A stretch of DNA of 31,442 nucleotides, from positions 1 to 31,442 of the forward strand of contig JBLMWR010000089.1 of NCBI GenBank assembly GCA_050257335.1. The letters run 5' to 3'. Of this stretch, positions 1 through 8,155 are shown one piece after another. A model generated the notes under the pieces. That model saw nothing but the letters and a program-made list of their open reading frames with translations. It had not been told where the DNA came from and made no database searches. Made by a program: the position numbers and the translations under genes. How positions within the stretch are numbered: the first letter of the stretch is position 1; every line of letters begins with the position of its first letter. The DNA comes from Deltaproteobacteria bacterium. Lineage in GTDB: Bacteria; Planctomycetota; Planctomycetia; Planctomycetales; Planctomycetaceae.

Positions 1-1516
1 CGACGCCCGACTCGGTTTCATAGCGCAACAGAAATCCGTGCCGCATCAGCCGCTGGCGGATCGCATTAATCGTCCCAACGATGCGGGGGTCGTCGGGCGG
101 CAGGAACCCAACCTTGGCGAGCATCAGCAGGCTGGCGTCGACCTCCTGCGAGCCGTAGTGCTGAACGAACGAATTGATCCGGGGGTCGAACCCCTTCGTG
201 CACACTTCTTCGTGGATCGTATCGCGCAGTTTCCGCCAGCGCTCGACGGGCCCGTCGCGACCGAACTGCTCGACTGTCTTGACGGCCCGGTCCGCGGCGA
301 CCCAGGCCATCACCTTGGAATGCGTCAACTGCCGGGGCGCTCCCCGAATCTCCCAAATCCCCTCGTCGGACTCGCGCCAGATCGTTTCGAGATGCTCCAT
401 GAGCACGCGCTGCATGCGCCACGCATTTTCATCGCGCGGCATGTGCTTCGAACGGGCCAGATGGAGCGTCGCCATGATCTCCCCGTAAACGTCGAGCTGA
501 AGCTGACTGTAAGCGTCGTTCCCGACGCGGACCGGCGCCGAATTCTCGTAGCCGGGCAGCCAGGGGAGCTCCAGTTCGGTCAACCGGTGTTCGCCGGCGA
601 TTCCGTAGACCGACTGAATCTGATCGGGGGCGCCGGCGACGGCCCGGAGCAGCCAGTCGCGCCAGGCTCGGGCCTCGTCGAGATACCCGGCTTCCAGCAG
701 CGCGTGCAGAGTGAACGTCGCGTCGCGGGGCCAGCAGCAACGATAATCCCAGTTCCGGTTCCCCCCCAGCCGCTCGGGAAGCGACGTGGTGAGGGCGGCG
801 AGAATCCCTCCGGTGGGAGCGTAGGTGAGGGCTTTGAGCGCAATCAGCGAACGAATCATCGCATCGGGCCATCGGCCCCGATACCGGCAGCGGCCCGACC
901 ATTCCTTCCAGAAGGCTTCCGTCATTTCCAGCGACTTCATCGGATCGATCGGCCGGGGCGGGTTCCGATGTGAGGGAAACCACGTCAGATTGAAAGAGAC
1001 CGACTGCCCCGCCGCGACCGTGAAATCTGCGACCGTCGTAAAGTCCTCGCCCCGCAGTTCGACGTCGCTGTGAAAATGAAAGCCATCGGGCCCGGCCAGG
1101 CCGCTGATTCCGCCGTCCAGCCGCCGAACCCAGGGCACAATCGATCCGTAATCAGGCCGCAGAATCAGTTCCAGTCGCATCGGAACCTGACCGGAGCGCC
1201 CGATGACCGTTCGCACGAGATCCGGCTGGACGGCGCGGGGCGGCATGAAGTCGACGAGAGTCACGGCTCCCGCGGGGGTCTCAAAATCGGTCTCGAGGAT
1301 GAGCGTGTCGTCGCGGTACCGCCGACGAATCTTCGGATTTTCGGCGCGCGGCTGAATCAGCAAGCGCCCATGAGCGCGAGTTCCCAGGAGCGCTGCGAAG
1401 CACGCTCCCGAATCGAAGCGCGGCAGACAAAGCCAGTCGATTGATCCGTCCCGCGACACGAGCGCGCCGGTATGACAGTCGCCGATCAGCGCGTAGTCTT
1501 CAATTCGGGCCGACAT
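1..1516 (-). CDS. Glycoside hydrolase family 15 protein (glucoamylase/trehalase-like), 3' end runs off the window
   Basis: Missing from the ORF track because no stop lies in the window. My translation from ATG 1516: MSARIEDYALIGDCHTGALVSRDGSIDWLCLPRFDSGACFAALLG...LTTSLPERLGGNRNWDYRCCWPRDATFT...GNDAYSQLQLDVYGE...DEGIWEIRGAPRQLTHSKVMAW...DASLLMLAKVGFLPPDDPRI...LLRYETESGV. Open frame to position 2, with typical GH15 motifs. Confidence 0.93.
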   Translation of the reverse strand, partial: MSARIEDYALIGDCHTGALVSRDGSIDWLCLPRFDSGACFAALLGTRAHGRLLIQPRAENPKIRRRYRDDTLILETDFETPAGAVTLVDFMPPRAVQPDLVRTVIGRSGQVPMRLELILRPDYGSIVPWVRRLDGGISGLAGPDGFHFHSDVELRGEDFTTVADFTVAAGQSVSFNLTWFPSHRNPPRPIDPMKSLEMTEAFWKEWSGRCRYRGRWPDAMIRSLIALKALTYAPTGGILAALTTSLPERLGGNRNWDYRCCWPRDATFTLHALLEAGYLDEARAWRDWLLRAVAGAPDQIQSVYGIAGEHRLTELELPWLPGYENSAPVRVGNDAYSQLQLDVYGEIMATLHLARSKHMPRDENAWRMQRVLMEHLETIWRESDEGIWEIRGAPRQLTHSKVMAWVAADRAVKTVEQFGRDGPVERWRKLRDTIHEEVCTKGFDPRINSFVQHYGSQEVDASLLMLAKVGFLPPDDPRIVGTINAIRQRLMRHGFLLRYETESGV

Positions 1517-1749
1517 GTTCGGGCGCTTTGCGACGAGTTCTCAGCCCGCGCGGATGAATCCCCTTTTTTAAGTATTGCGTCAAACTGGTCTGAATCAATC
1601 TGGCAGCATGTTCAGTGGTTCGTCCGGCGATTACCGGGGACTCGCGTCCATGGCGGAAGTATTCCTCCACTGGGTAGCTGCGTCCAACCTACCGCAGGGC
1701 CGGCGCGAACTGGTCGCCGGACCGCTTTCAGGTCGCAATCTGCTGCCGG

Positions 1750-1818
1750 TTACAGTGCGTCTGAGCCCGTTTCGCCGGTGCGGATGCGGATGACTTCGGC
1801 CAGATCGCTGACGAAGAT
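1750..1818 (-). pseudogene. 3' remnant of a P-II nitrogen regulator gene (GlnB/GlnK family)
   Basis: Translates IFVSDLAEVIRIRTGETGSDAL* (TAA at 1752-1750), matching the P-II C-terminus (E. coli GlnK KIFVAELQRVIRIRTGEADEAAL). No start codon in this frame; an upstream in-frame TGA lies at 1848-1846. Confidence 0.8.
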
Positions 1819-1835
1819 CCTGTTGAATGACGGAG

Positions 1836-2849
1836 TCAGTTTTTTTCATGATCGTACTTGTCGCGCAGGGTGAGGTTCACTTCAAGGACGTTAATCAGAC
1901 CGACGCCGACCAGCCCGCCCAGCGGGGCTTCCTTCTTCTCCTGGAGGAGCGTTTCGATTTCCTTGCGCACCTCATCGACGTTACGGTTCGCGTCGGCGGC
2001 CCGCCTGGCGGCGACGCGGTCGAGCTGGTAGAGCGCATTTTTCAGGCTGATGTGCGGATCAAGGCCGGAACCGGAGGCCATCACCATGTCGGCGGGCACG
2101 GGCACGAGTTCGGCGTTCGGGTGCTCCTGCCGCCACATATCGAAGAAGATCCCCTGGATCTCTGTTCCCACTTTGACCGTCTGAATCTTCTTCTCGATCG
2201 TGCCGTCGTCGGCCGCCAATTCCACGGCGCTCGGGAACATCCCCGGATGCTCCTTCGAGAAGCTGTTGAAGAAAATGCCCGCCAGGTCTTCGGGCTTCGG
2301 CTCGGGATTATTGTTCTCCTTTTTCCACTGGGACACTTCGTCGGCGTGGTCGCCTGCCCAGGCCATCACGTATGCGCCGTTCAGGGGATCGGCCTTGGCC
2401 CAGTTTGCGGCGACAGCCGAATGCGCCGCGGCCCATTGGGCCACGATCCCCGGATGGCCTTGGAACTGGTCCTTCTGGAACCAGGCTTCGATGTCCGGTC
2501 CCACGGGCTGCCCCTTCCTGGCACCGGCGTACTTCACAATCGGGCCGAGCTGGCGGGCCACCCGCGCGCGAAGCAGATAGTTATTGGCGCCCCAGTTCGA
2601 GGCGCCCGAGCCGGCGGCGTTGTACGAAACAGCCGACGGACGTGGCTGAAAATACCCTTCGCCGCTGAAGGGCTGGGCGATCAGCCGCGAGCCGATCGGA
2701 TTGCCGTCTTTGTCATACAGCAGGCTCCCTTGCGCCTTGTCGTGGAACACTGTCTGTCCAATGAGCAGCAGGATGCCCGGGTAGATGAGGCAGCACAAGA
2801 CCACGGTCAGGACCAGAAGCAGCAGGTTGGCACGCAGGTGCGGAAGCAT
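1836..2849 (-). CDS. kdpC: K+-transporting ATPase subunit C, long form (337 aa)
   Basis: N-terminal TM helix, GSRLIAQPF..GYFQPRPSA, GASNWG, PADMVMASGSGLDPHIS and INVLEVNL motifs. ATG 2849 has an AAGGA SD; the ORF-track start at 3062 runs through a repeat element and is unlikely. Confidence 0.95.
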   Translation of the reverse strand: MLPHLRANLLLLVLTVVLCCLIYPGILLLIGQTVFHDKAQGSLLYDKDGNPIGSRLIAQPFSGEGYFQPRPSAVSYNAAGSGASNWGANNYLLRARVARQLGPIVKYAGARKGQPVGPDIEAWFQKDQFQGHPGIVAQWAAAHSAVAANWAKADPLNGAYVMAWAGDHADEVSQWKKENNNPEPKPEDLAGIFFNSFSKEHPGMFPSAVELAADDGTIEKKIQTVKVGTEIQGIFFDMWRQEHPNAELVPVPADMVMASGSGLDPHISLKNALYQLDRVAARRAADANRNVDEVRKEIETLLQEKKEAPLGGLVGVGLINVLEVNLTLRDKYDHEKN

Positions 2850-2975
2850 CGTTTTTCCTTCGCGATTCTTCAATTCGGGAATCGATGAAGAGCGACGAGG
2901 GACGCCCGGGCCCCTCGCGCATCCACACCCCCAAATAGTTCGGCGGCAGATTGAGCTGCGAATTCGAAAAGAAGT

Positions 2976-3046
2976 CTCACGCAAAGTCGCAAAGACGCGA
3001 AGGTTGCGAATGGCCGTTTCTTTGCGACTTTGCGCCTCTGCGTGAG
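2976..3046. repeat. Imperfect palindrome built from 8-nt (NCGCAAAG) units, in the kdpB-kdpC spacer
   Basis: Left arm CTCACGCAAAGTCGCAAAGACGCGAAG (2976-3002). Right arm CTTTGCGACTTTGCGCCTCTGCGTGAG (3020-3046), whose reverse complement is CTCACGCAGAGGCGCAAAGTCGCAAAG. Confidence 0.85.
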
Positions 3047-3098
3047 GTTCGTCATTTGTCATTCTCTTTCGGTCGTATGTCCTTCAAGGATTGAAACA

Positions 3099-5282
3099 TC
3101 AAGAGATAACGTGCATGCCGACAAGGACGACGTCGAGAAGCTTGATACCGATGAACGGAACGATCACGCCCCCCAGCCCCCAGATCAAAAGATTCCGCCG
3201 GAGCAGTGCGTCCGCGCCGACCGGGCGATACTCGACCCCCTTGAGCGCGATGGGGATAAGCAGCGGAATGATGATCGCGTTGAAAATCACCGCCGCCAGG
3301 ATGGCCGAGGTCGGCGAATGCAGATTCATCACGTCGAAGCTCTTGAGCCACGGCAGCGTGCCGGCGAACAGCGCCGGGACGATGGCGAAATACTTGGCCA
3401 GGTCGTTGGCGATCGAGAAGGTGGTCAGGGCCCCCCGGGTCATCAGGAGCTGCTTGCCGATTTCGACCACTTCGATCAGCTTCGTCGGATCGCTGTCGAG
3501 ATCGACCATGTTGCCGGCCTCCCTGGCGGCCTGCGTTCCCGAGTTCATGGCCACGCCGACGTCGGCTTGCGCGAGCGCGGGGGCGTCGTTGGTTCCGTCC
3601 CCCATCATAGCCACGAGCTTGCCGGCTGCCTGCTCCCTGCGGATGTAGTCGAGTTTCGCTTCGGGCGTGGCCTGGGCGATGAAGGCATCGACGCCGGCCT
3701 GTTCGGCAATGGCTTTGGCCGTCAGCGGGTTGTCCCCCGTGACCATGACGGTCCTCAACCCCATGCGCCGCAGCCGCTCGAACCGGTCGCGCATGCCGGG
3801 CTTCAATATGTCTTCCAGCACGACGAGCCCGGCGAGTTTGCTCCCTTCGCAGACGAGGAGCGGGGTGGCGCCGCGCGAGGCGACTTCGTCCACCTGCTGC
3901 TGAACGCCCGAGCCGAGGTGGCCATTACTCTGCTGCACGTATCTGATCACTGAATCCGGAGCCCCCTTGCGGATCTTCCTCCCATCGGCGAGGTCCAGGC
4001 CGCTCATGCGGGTCTGGGCCGTGAATTCGACGAATTTCGATCCCTGGGGAATGACGGCTTCGAGCGGCAACGTGGCGGCCGACAGGCGGCTTCCCCCGGA
4101 TTCGGCCGGCATCTTCTGAAACAGCTCGACAATGCTCTTTCCCTCGGGGGTCTGGTCGGCGACCGAGGCCAGGGCCGCCAGTCGCCCCAGATCGGTGGCC
4201 GTGTAGCCGTCGAGCGGAACAAATTGCGTGGCCCGCCGATTGCCGACCGTGATCGTCCCGGTCTTGTCCAGGAGCAGCGTATCGACGTCACCGGCGACTT
4301 CAACCGCCTTGCCGCTCTTGGAAAGGATGTTGGCCCTGAGCGCCCGGTCCATCCCTGCGATTCCAATCGCCGCGAGCAGCGCGCCGATCGTCGTCGGAAT
4401 AAGGCACACGAGCAGCCCGACGAGCGTCGGGATGTCGGTTCCCAGGCCCTTGATCGCTTCGGACACGCCGAGATACGACTGCATGTACACCTCGGCGTAG
4501 CAGGCCATGGGCCACAGGGCGGCGGTGACGATGAGGAAGATCAGCGTAAAGGCCGAGAGAACCAGCGACAGCGCGATCTCGTTGGGCGTGCGCTGGCGGA
4601 TGGCCCCCTCGACCAGGGCGATCATGCGGTCGAGGAAGGACTTCCCCGCGCTGGCCGTGATCTCGACGACGATGCGGTCGGAGAGGACGCGCGTTCCGCC
4701 GGTGACACCCGAGCGGTCACCCCCCGCTTCACGGATGACGGGAGCCGACTCGCCGGTGATCGCCGATTCGTCAACTGACGCCACGCCCTCGACGATCTCG
4801 CCGTCGCCGGGGATCACCTGCCCGGCCTCGACCACAACGTGGTCTCCGGCTTGAAGTGCGGTAGACACAGTTTCTTCGATCTGGCCCTTGTCCCGGAGGC
4901 GCCGCGCGGGGGTTTCGCGGCGGGTCTTGCGGAGCGTATCGGCCTGGGCCTTGCCGCGAGCTTCCGCGAGCGCCGTCGCGAAATTCGCGAACAGCACGGT
5001 GGCGAAGAGCCAGACGTCGAGCTGGATGAGATAAGGCAACTGGGTGCCGGGCGCGAGGAACGTAAAGATGATGCTCAAGAACGTCCCAATCTCGACGACG
5101 AACATTACCGGGTTCTTCCATTGGATGTCCGGACGCAGCATCACGAGCGACTGTCTGAGCGCCGCTTTGAGCAGATGCGGCGCGAACAGCCCGTAGCGGC
5201 GGCTGGCGCGGCGGCTGAGTTTCAATTCCTCGGGTGAACCGGGTTGCACCGGAGGAGACTGGACAAGGGTGGCTTCTGACAT
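3099..5282 (-). CDS. kdpB: K+-transporting P-type ATPase subunit B (727 aa)
   Basis: [17 protein letters not shown], phosphorylation motif DKTGTIT, KGAPD, TGDN and [18 protein letters not shown]. Confidence 0.99.
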   Translation of the reverse strand: MSEATLVQSPPVQPGSPEELKLSRRASRRYGLFAPHLLKAALRQSLVMLRPDIQWKNPVMFVVEIGTFLSIIFTFLAPGTQLPYLIQLDVWLFATVLFANFATALAEARGKAQADTLRKTRRETPARRLRDKGQIEETVSTALQAGDHVVVEAGQVIPGDGEIVEGVASVDESAITGESAPVIREAGGDRSGVTGGTRVLSDRIVVEITASAGKSFLDRMIALVEGAIRQRTPNEIALSLVLSAFTLIFLIVTAALWPMACYAEVYMQSYLGVSEAIKGLGTDIPTLVGLLVCLIPTTIGALLAAIGIAGMDRALRANILSKSGKAVEVAGDVDTLLLDKTGTITVGNRRATQFVPLDGYTATDLGRLAALASVADQTPEGKSIVELFQKMPAESGGSRLSAATLPLEAVIPQGSKFVEFTAQTRMSGLDLADGRKIRKGAPDSVIRYVQQSNGHLGSGVQQQVDEVASRGATPLLVCEGSKLAGLVVLEDILKPGMRDRFERLRRMGLRTVMVTGDNPLTAKAIAEQAGVDAFIAQATPEAKLDYIRREQAAGKLVAMMGDGTNDAPALAQADVGVAMNSGTQAAREAGNMVDLDSDPTKLIEVVEIGKQLLMTRGALTTFSIANDLAKYFAIVPALFAGTLPWLKSFDVMNLHSPTSAILAAVIFNAIIIPLLIPIALKGVEYRPVGADALLRRNLLIWGLGGVIVPFIGIKLLDVVLVGMHVIS

Positions 5283-5333
5283 GGGAATCTCGCGTCAGGA
5301 AAAACCGGCGGCGTCGTTTACTCACACCGCTTC

Positions 5334-5387
5334 AGATTTCGGATTTCGAATCTGGGATTTTGGATTTCGTTAGACGTTCGTCATTCG
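5334..5387. repeat. 7-nt-period degenerate repeat (GGATTTC / TTCGTCATTCG) in the kdpA-kdpB spacer
   Basis: AGATTTC GGATTTC GAATCTG GGATTTT GGATTTC ... TTCGTCATTCG. Same family in reverse complement at 11127-11178, with a short copy at 3048-3064. Confidence 0.75.
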
Positions 5388-5397
5388 TATCGTGGGG

Positions 5398-7287
5398 TTA
5401 CCCCCCGAACGGCAGCGGGCCGAGATGTTCGGCGACGGGGCCCAGCACGGCGGCCGGCAGGAACAGCAGAGCGCCGATGAGCAGGATCGTTCCCAGCAGC
5501 ACGAATCCAAATGTGATCGTGTCCGTGCGCAATGTTCCGACCGTTTGAGGCGTCGGCCTCTTGGCCGCGAGGCTTCCTGCGAGGGCGATCGGGGCAATGA
5601 TGGGAATAAACCGGCCGAACAACATCGCCAGTCCGCAGGCGATGTCCCAGTGGAAGCCAAAAGGAGCCAGCGGCGGAGTGTCGTTGAAGCCGTACGAGTC
5701 TCCCAGCCCCTCGAAGCCCGAACCGTTATTGGCTGAGGCGGAGGAGAACTCATAGAGCACTTCCGAAAAGCCGTGCGCCGCCGGGCTGTTCATGGCTTTC
5801 ATTCCCCAATCGGTCGCCACAAACAATCCCGTTGGGATGAGGATCAAGAGCGGGTGCGCCAGCATGGCCAGCGAGGCGAGCTTCATTTCGCGGGCCTCCA
5901 CCTTCTTCCCCAGGTATTCGGGCGTGCGACCGACCATGAGGCCCGCCAGGAAGACGCCGATCACCAGGTAAACGAGCAGATTAATCAGTCCGACGCCCAC
6001 ACCCCCCCAGATGCAGTTCAGCCACATTCCGGTCAGTGGCGTCACACCCGCCAGCGGATTCAGGCTGTCGTGCATGCAGTTGACTGAGCCGTTTGAGGTA
6101 TTCGTTGTGAGCGCCGCCCATGTGGCGCCGGCCGACGTGCCGAACCGCAGTTCCTTGCCCTCGAGATTCCCCATTTCCTGATCGACGGGCAGATCCGGCA
6201 ACACGGTCGATTGCGGTTTATCCAGACCGCTTTTGGCCGGATCACGGTCTGTCAGATCGGCCGACCGGCCCGAATGGGCCACGACCCAGACCGGTTTCGC
6301 AGCGCCGCCCGCCTGGGGCACGTCCTGCGGATAGACGAGATCGGCCCTGGCCATAAGAGCCGGATTCGGCTGCGCTGTATCCCAATACAGGACCCATCCG
6401 ATCGTCGTCAGCGACAGCACCAGCATGACGCCGAAGATGACGGCGGCATGGCGAAAGTTGTTCAGCATCTTTCCGAACATGACCAGCGTCGAGACGGGAA
6501 TCAGAATGATTCCCAGGCAGGTCAGGAAATTCGTGTAGCTGTTGGGGTTCTCGAAGGGATGCGCGCTGTTGATGGCAAAGTAACCGCCGCCGTTCGTCCC
6601 GAACTGCTTGACGGCGACGATCGCCGCGACCGGTCCGAGACAGATCTCCTGCGGCTTGGCAACTCCCGCGTCGTCGTTGCCCATGGCGCCAGCTTCGACG
6701 GTGGCCGCCTTCACGCTCCCCTCCAGCGTCATCGGCATGCCCCCCGCAACGAGCAGGGTTGCGACAACCAGGCAAAGCGGCACAAAGAAATAGGCGACGC
6801 CGCGCCACAGATCCACGTAGAAATTCCCCATGTGCCTGTCGCCCCGCAGGCCGCGGATAATCGCCAGCAGCGCGGCCAGACCGATGATCGGCGACAGGAT
6901 CTGCTTCCAGCAGATGAAGAACAACTGGCTGAAATACGAAAGATGGACTTCGCCGGAATAGTGCTGCTGGTTGGTGTTCGTCATGAACGACACGGTGGTG
7001 TGGAAGATCGTGCTCGGGGAAAGCATGCCTTTGTTGTCGGGGTTGAGCGGCAGCCAGGGCTGCAGGCTCAGAACGGCGAACCCGACGACGAACGTCACGA
7101 TATTGAACAGCATGAACGCCACACAGTACTGCTTCCAGTCCTGTGGGCCGGTGTCCAGTTTTTCCTCAATCCAGCGAAGCCAGGTGGGCAGACGGAACCC
7201 GCCGTCAAAGACCCGCGCCATATACAGGCCCAGCGGGATCGCGAGAACGAACGCCGTCGCGAGGATGAGAATCGGCAGAGTCCACAT
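5398..7287 (-). CDS. kdpA: K+-transporting ATPase subunit A (629 aa)
   Basis: Four selectivity-filter segments TNTNQQHYSGE, GTNGGG, TSNGSVN and NNGSGFEGL; also GNLEGKELRFG and GRTPEYLGKK. ATG 7287 is preferred over the SD-less TTG at 7407. Confidence 0.97.
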   Translation of the reverse strand: MWTLPILILATAFVLAIPLGLYMARVFDGGFRLPTWLRWIEEKLDTGPQDWKQYCVAFMLFNIVTFVVGFAVLSLQPWLPLNPDNKGMLSPSTIFHTTVSFMTNTNQQHYSGEVHLSYFSQLFFICWKQILSPIIGLAALLAIIRGLRGDRHMGNFYVDLWRGVAYFFVPLCLVVATLLVAGGMPMTLEGSVKAATVEAGAMGNDDAGVAKPQEICLGPVAAIVAVKQFGTNGGGYFAINSAHPFENPNSYTNFLTCLGIILIPVSTLVMFGKMLNNFRHAAVIFGVMLVLSLTTIGWVLYWDTAQPNPALMARADLVYPQDVPQAGGAAKPVWVVAHSGRSADLTDRDPAKSGLDKPQSTVLPDLPVDQEMGNLEGKELRFGTSAGATWAALTTNTSNGSVNCMHDSLNPLAGVTPLTGMWLNCIWGGVGVGLINLLVYLVIGVFLAGLMVGRTPEYLGKKVEAREMKLASLAMLAHPLLILIPTGLFVATDWGMKAMNSPAAHGFSEVLYEFSSASANNGSGFEGLGDSYGFNDTPPLAPFGFHWDIACGLAMLFGRFIPIIAPIALAGSLAAKRPTPQTVGTLRTDTITFGFVLLGTILLIGALLFLPAAVLGPVAEHLGPLPFGG

Positions 7288-7323
7288 GGCAAAGGCAGCC
7301 TTTCGCAGGATGGGCTTCCCGGC

Positions 7324-7347
7324 CCGTCCGTCCGTCCGTCCGTCCGT
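7324..7347. repeat. (CCGT)6 tetranucleotide microsatellite
   Basis: Six perfect CCGT units between kdpF and kdpA. Confidence 0.95.
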
Positions 7348-7444
7348 TACAAATGTTGATCGCTCTGCAAGCGGCACGCATGGTTCATCCACGCCTTCGG
7401 CCGCCAATTACGCACGGGCTTGGAAGCCCATGCTGCAGGCACGA

Positions 7445-7525
7445 CTAGAACCACTCTGGTCGCAAGAGCGCGGCCATGAGGTAGACGAAGAGCAACACAG
7501 TGACAATGGCGGTGAGCACCAGCAT
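7445..7525 (-). CDS. kdpF: KdpF subunit (26 aa)
   Basis: MLVLTAIVTVLLFVYLMAALLRPEWF*: single TM helix with the YL..ALLRPE.F KdpF signature, a GAGGGG SD, and directly upstream of kdpA. Too short for the ORF track. Confidence 0.93.
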   Translation of the reverse strand: MLVLTAIVTVLLFVYLMAALLRPEWF

Positions 7526-7537
7526 GAATGCCCCTCT

Positions 7538-7633
7538 TTAAACTTTTTCACAACCAATGATGAAAGCGCACATGAGCCCGAGGACAACCAGCCCCAGGAG
7601 CAACAGGGCCGGAATCCAGATGGAAAGGTTCAT
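7538..7633 (-). CDS. Small single-TM peptide upstream of kdpF (KdpG/KdpZ-like, 31 aa)
   Basis: MNLSIWIPALLLLGLVVLGLMCAFIIGCEKV*: GGAG SD 7 nt upstream, hydrophobic core, C-terminal GCEKV, stop 12 nt before the kdpF ATG. Confidence 0.8.
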   Translation of the reverse strand: MNLSIWIPALLLLGLVVLGLMCAFIIGCEKV

Positions 7634-7678
7634 AAGTCGCTCCGTTTTCGTTCGTGTAACCCGATTGACCCTTCTAAA

Positions 7679-7694
7679 CGCAACGCCTATGCCA
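7679..7694 (-). promoter_or_regulatory. Sigma-54 (-24/-12) promoter of the kdp operon
   Basis: Minus strand TGGCATAGGCGTTGCG = GG-N10-GC with TGGCA and TTGC flanks, ending 45 nt before the first kdp ORF. A sigma-54 activator is encoded nearby. Confidence 0.8.
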
Positions 7695-7732
7695 ATGCCG
7701 CGACGAAACCGCAAACATTTCACTGACGCGAG

Positions 7733-7762
7733 GTTGTGAATTTTTTCGCGCCGTGTCACAAC
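7733..7762. promoter_or_regulatory. Inverted repeat GTTGTGA-N16-TCACAAC with a T-tract, between the enhancer and the sigma-54 promoter
   Basis: Perfect 7-bp arms at 7733-7739 and 7756-7762, with T6 at 7741-7746. Confidence 0.4.
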
Positions 7763-7770
7763 ATCCAGAA

Positions 7771-7785
7771 CGTGCACTGTGCACG
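7771..7785. promoter_or_regulatory. Candidate upstream activator site 1 (CGTGCA-CTG-TGCACG)
   Basis: Palindrome centred at 7778, about 110 bp upstream of the inferred sigma-54 transcription start. Confidence 0.65.
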
Positions 7786-7801
7786 AACTGTTTCAACTGT
7801 T

Positions 7802-7817
7802 CTTGCAATTTGCATGA
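7802..7817. promoter_or_regulatory. Candidate upstream activator site 2 (CTTGCA-ATT-TGCATGA)
   Basis: Same TGCA-N3-TGCA core, centred at 7809, 31 bp (three helical turns) from site 1. Confidence 0.6.
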
Positions 7818-7977
7818 CGCTCGCCTGAGTGCCTTCGTAAACGGTTTCTCCATTCCCTCGACCGTCTGATCCGGCCCTGCAGTCCGCCGAATTCCGGGCC
7901 GCATGTCCCAGATGACCGTTGAGAACTCCGGCAGCGGCGCCGACGAGAGCACCTGCGCTCAGACGACAGGTCCGAGA

Positions 7978-8021
7978 AACAAAAAAGCCCTCGGCGCGCC
8001 GCTCGCGGCGCACCAAGGGCT
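7978..8021 (-). terminator. Rho-independent terminator of element B
   Basis: About 16-bp GC-rich stem (8021-7986) followed by a U-tract on the minus strand. Confidence 0.85.
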
Positions 8022-8061
8022 CTCACAGCCGAATTAAACTGCCACTCATGGGAAGCCAATA
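7978..8061 (-). ncRNA. Leader/sRNA element B ending in an intrinsic terminator
   Basis: Follows a TTGACA-N17-TAGTTT promoter. Ends in the hairpin AGCCCTTGGTGCGCCG-CGAG-CGGCGCGCCGAGGGCT followed by TTTTTGTTT. GGCTT (8057-8053) can pair with GAGCC at the foot of the terminator. Confidence 0.5.
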
Positions 8062-8067
8062 ACCGTA

Positions 8068-8096
8068 AAACTAACCGGCCGGCATCTGGCTGTCAA
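8068..8096 (-). promoter_or_regulatory. Sigma-70-type promoter TTGACA-N17-TAGTTT
   Basis: Perfect -35 (8096-8091), 17-nt spacer, TAnnnT -10 (8073-8068). Confidence 0.7.
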
Positions 8097-8155
8097 CAAG
8101 AATTTGATTAATGAAACGGGCGCGCGAGGCAGTTTGGACCGCCCGCTCGAGACGA

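Noticed and set aside
38-1444. Plus-strand ORFs 38..973 (311 aa) and 1070..1444 from the track
   Set aside because: Antisense shadows of the GH15 gene on the minus strand; no recognisable motifs.
1648-1695. GGCGGAAGTATTCCTCC, resembling the start of a fluoride riboswitch
   Set aside because: Lacks the GAUGG and downstream GCUGAUGAC-type elements, and points away from the GH15 gene.
2850-3062. N-terminal 71-aa extension of KdpC in the ORF track
   Set aside because: Runs through the palindromic repeat; ATG 2849 has an SD and starts with the TM helix.
1827-7359. Long plus-strand ORFs 1827..2888, 3030..3953 and 6211..7359
   Set aside because: Antisense to kdpC, kdpB and kdpA; long shadow frames are expected at this GC content.
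8022-8049. Leader peptide MSGSLIRL* in element B (and GTG-started TAPRDRAGAVGQ* in element C)
   Set aside because: No SD, no shared residue bias, and element A has no matching stop; conservation is at nucleotide level, so a peptide attenuator is not supported.
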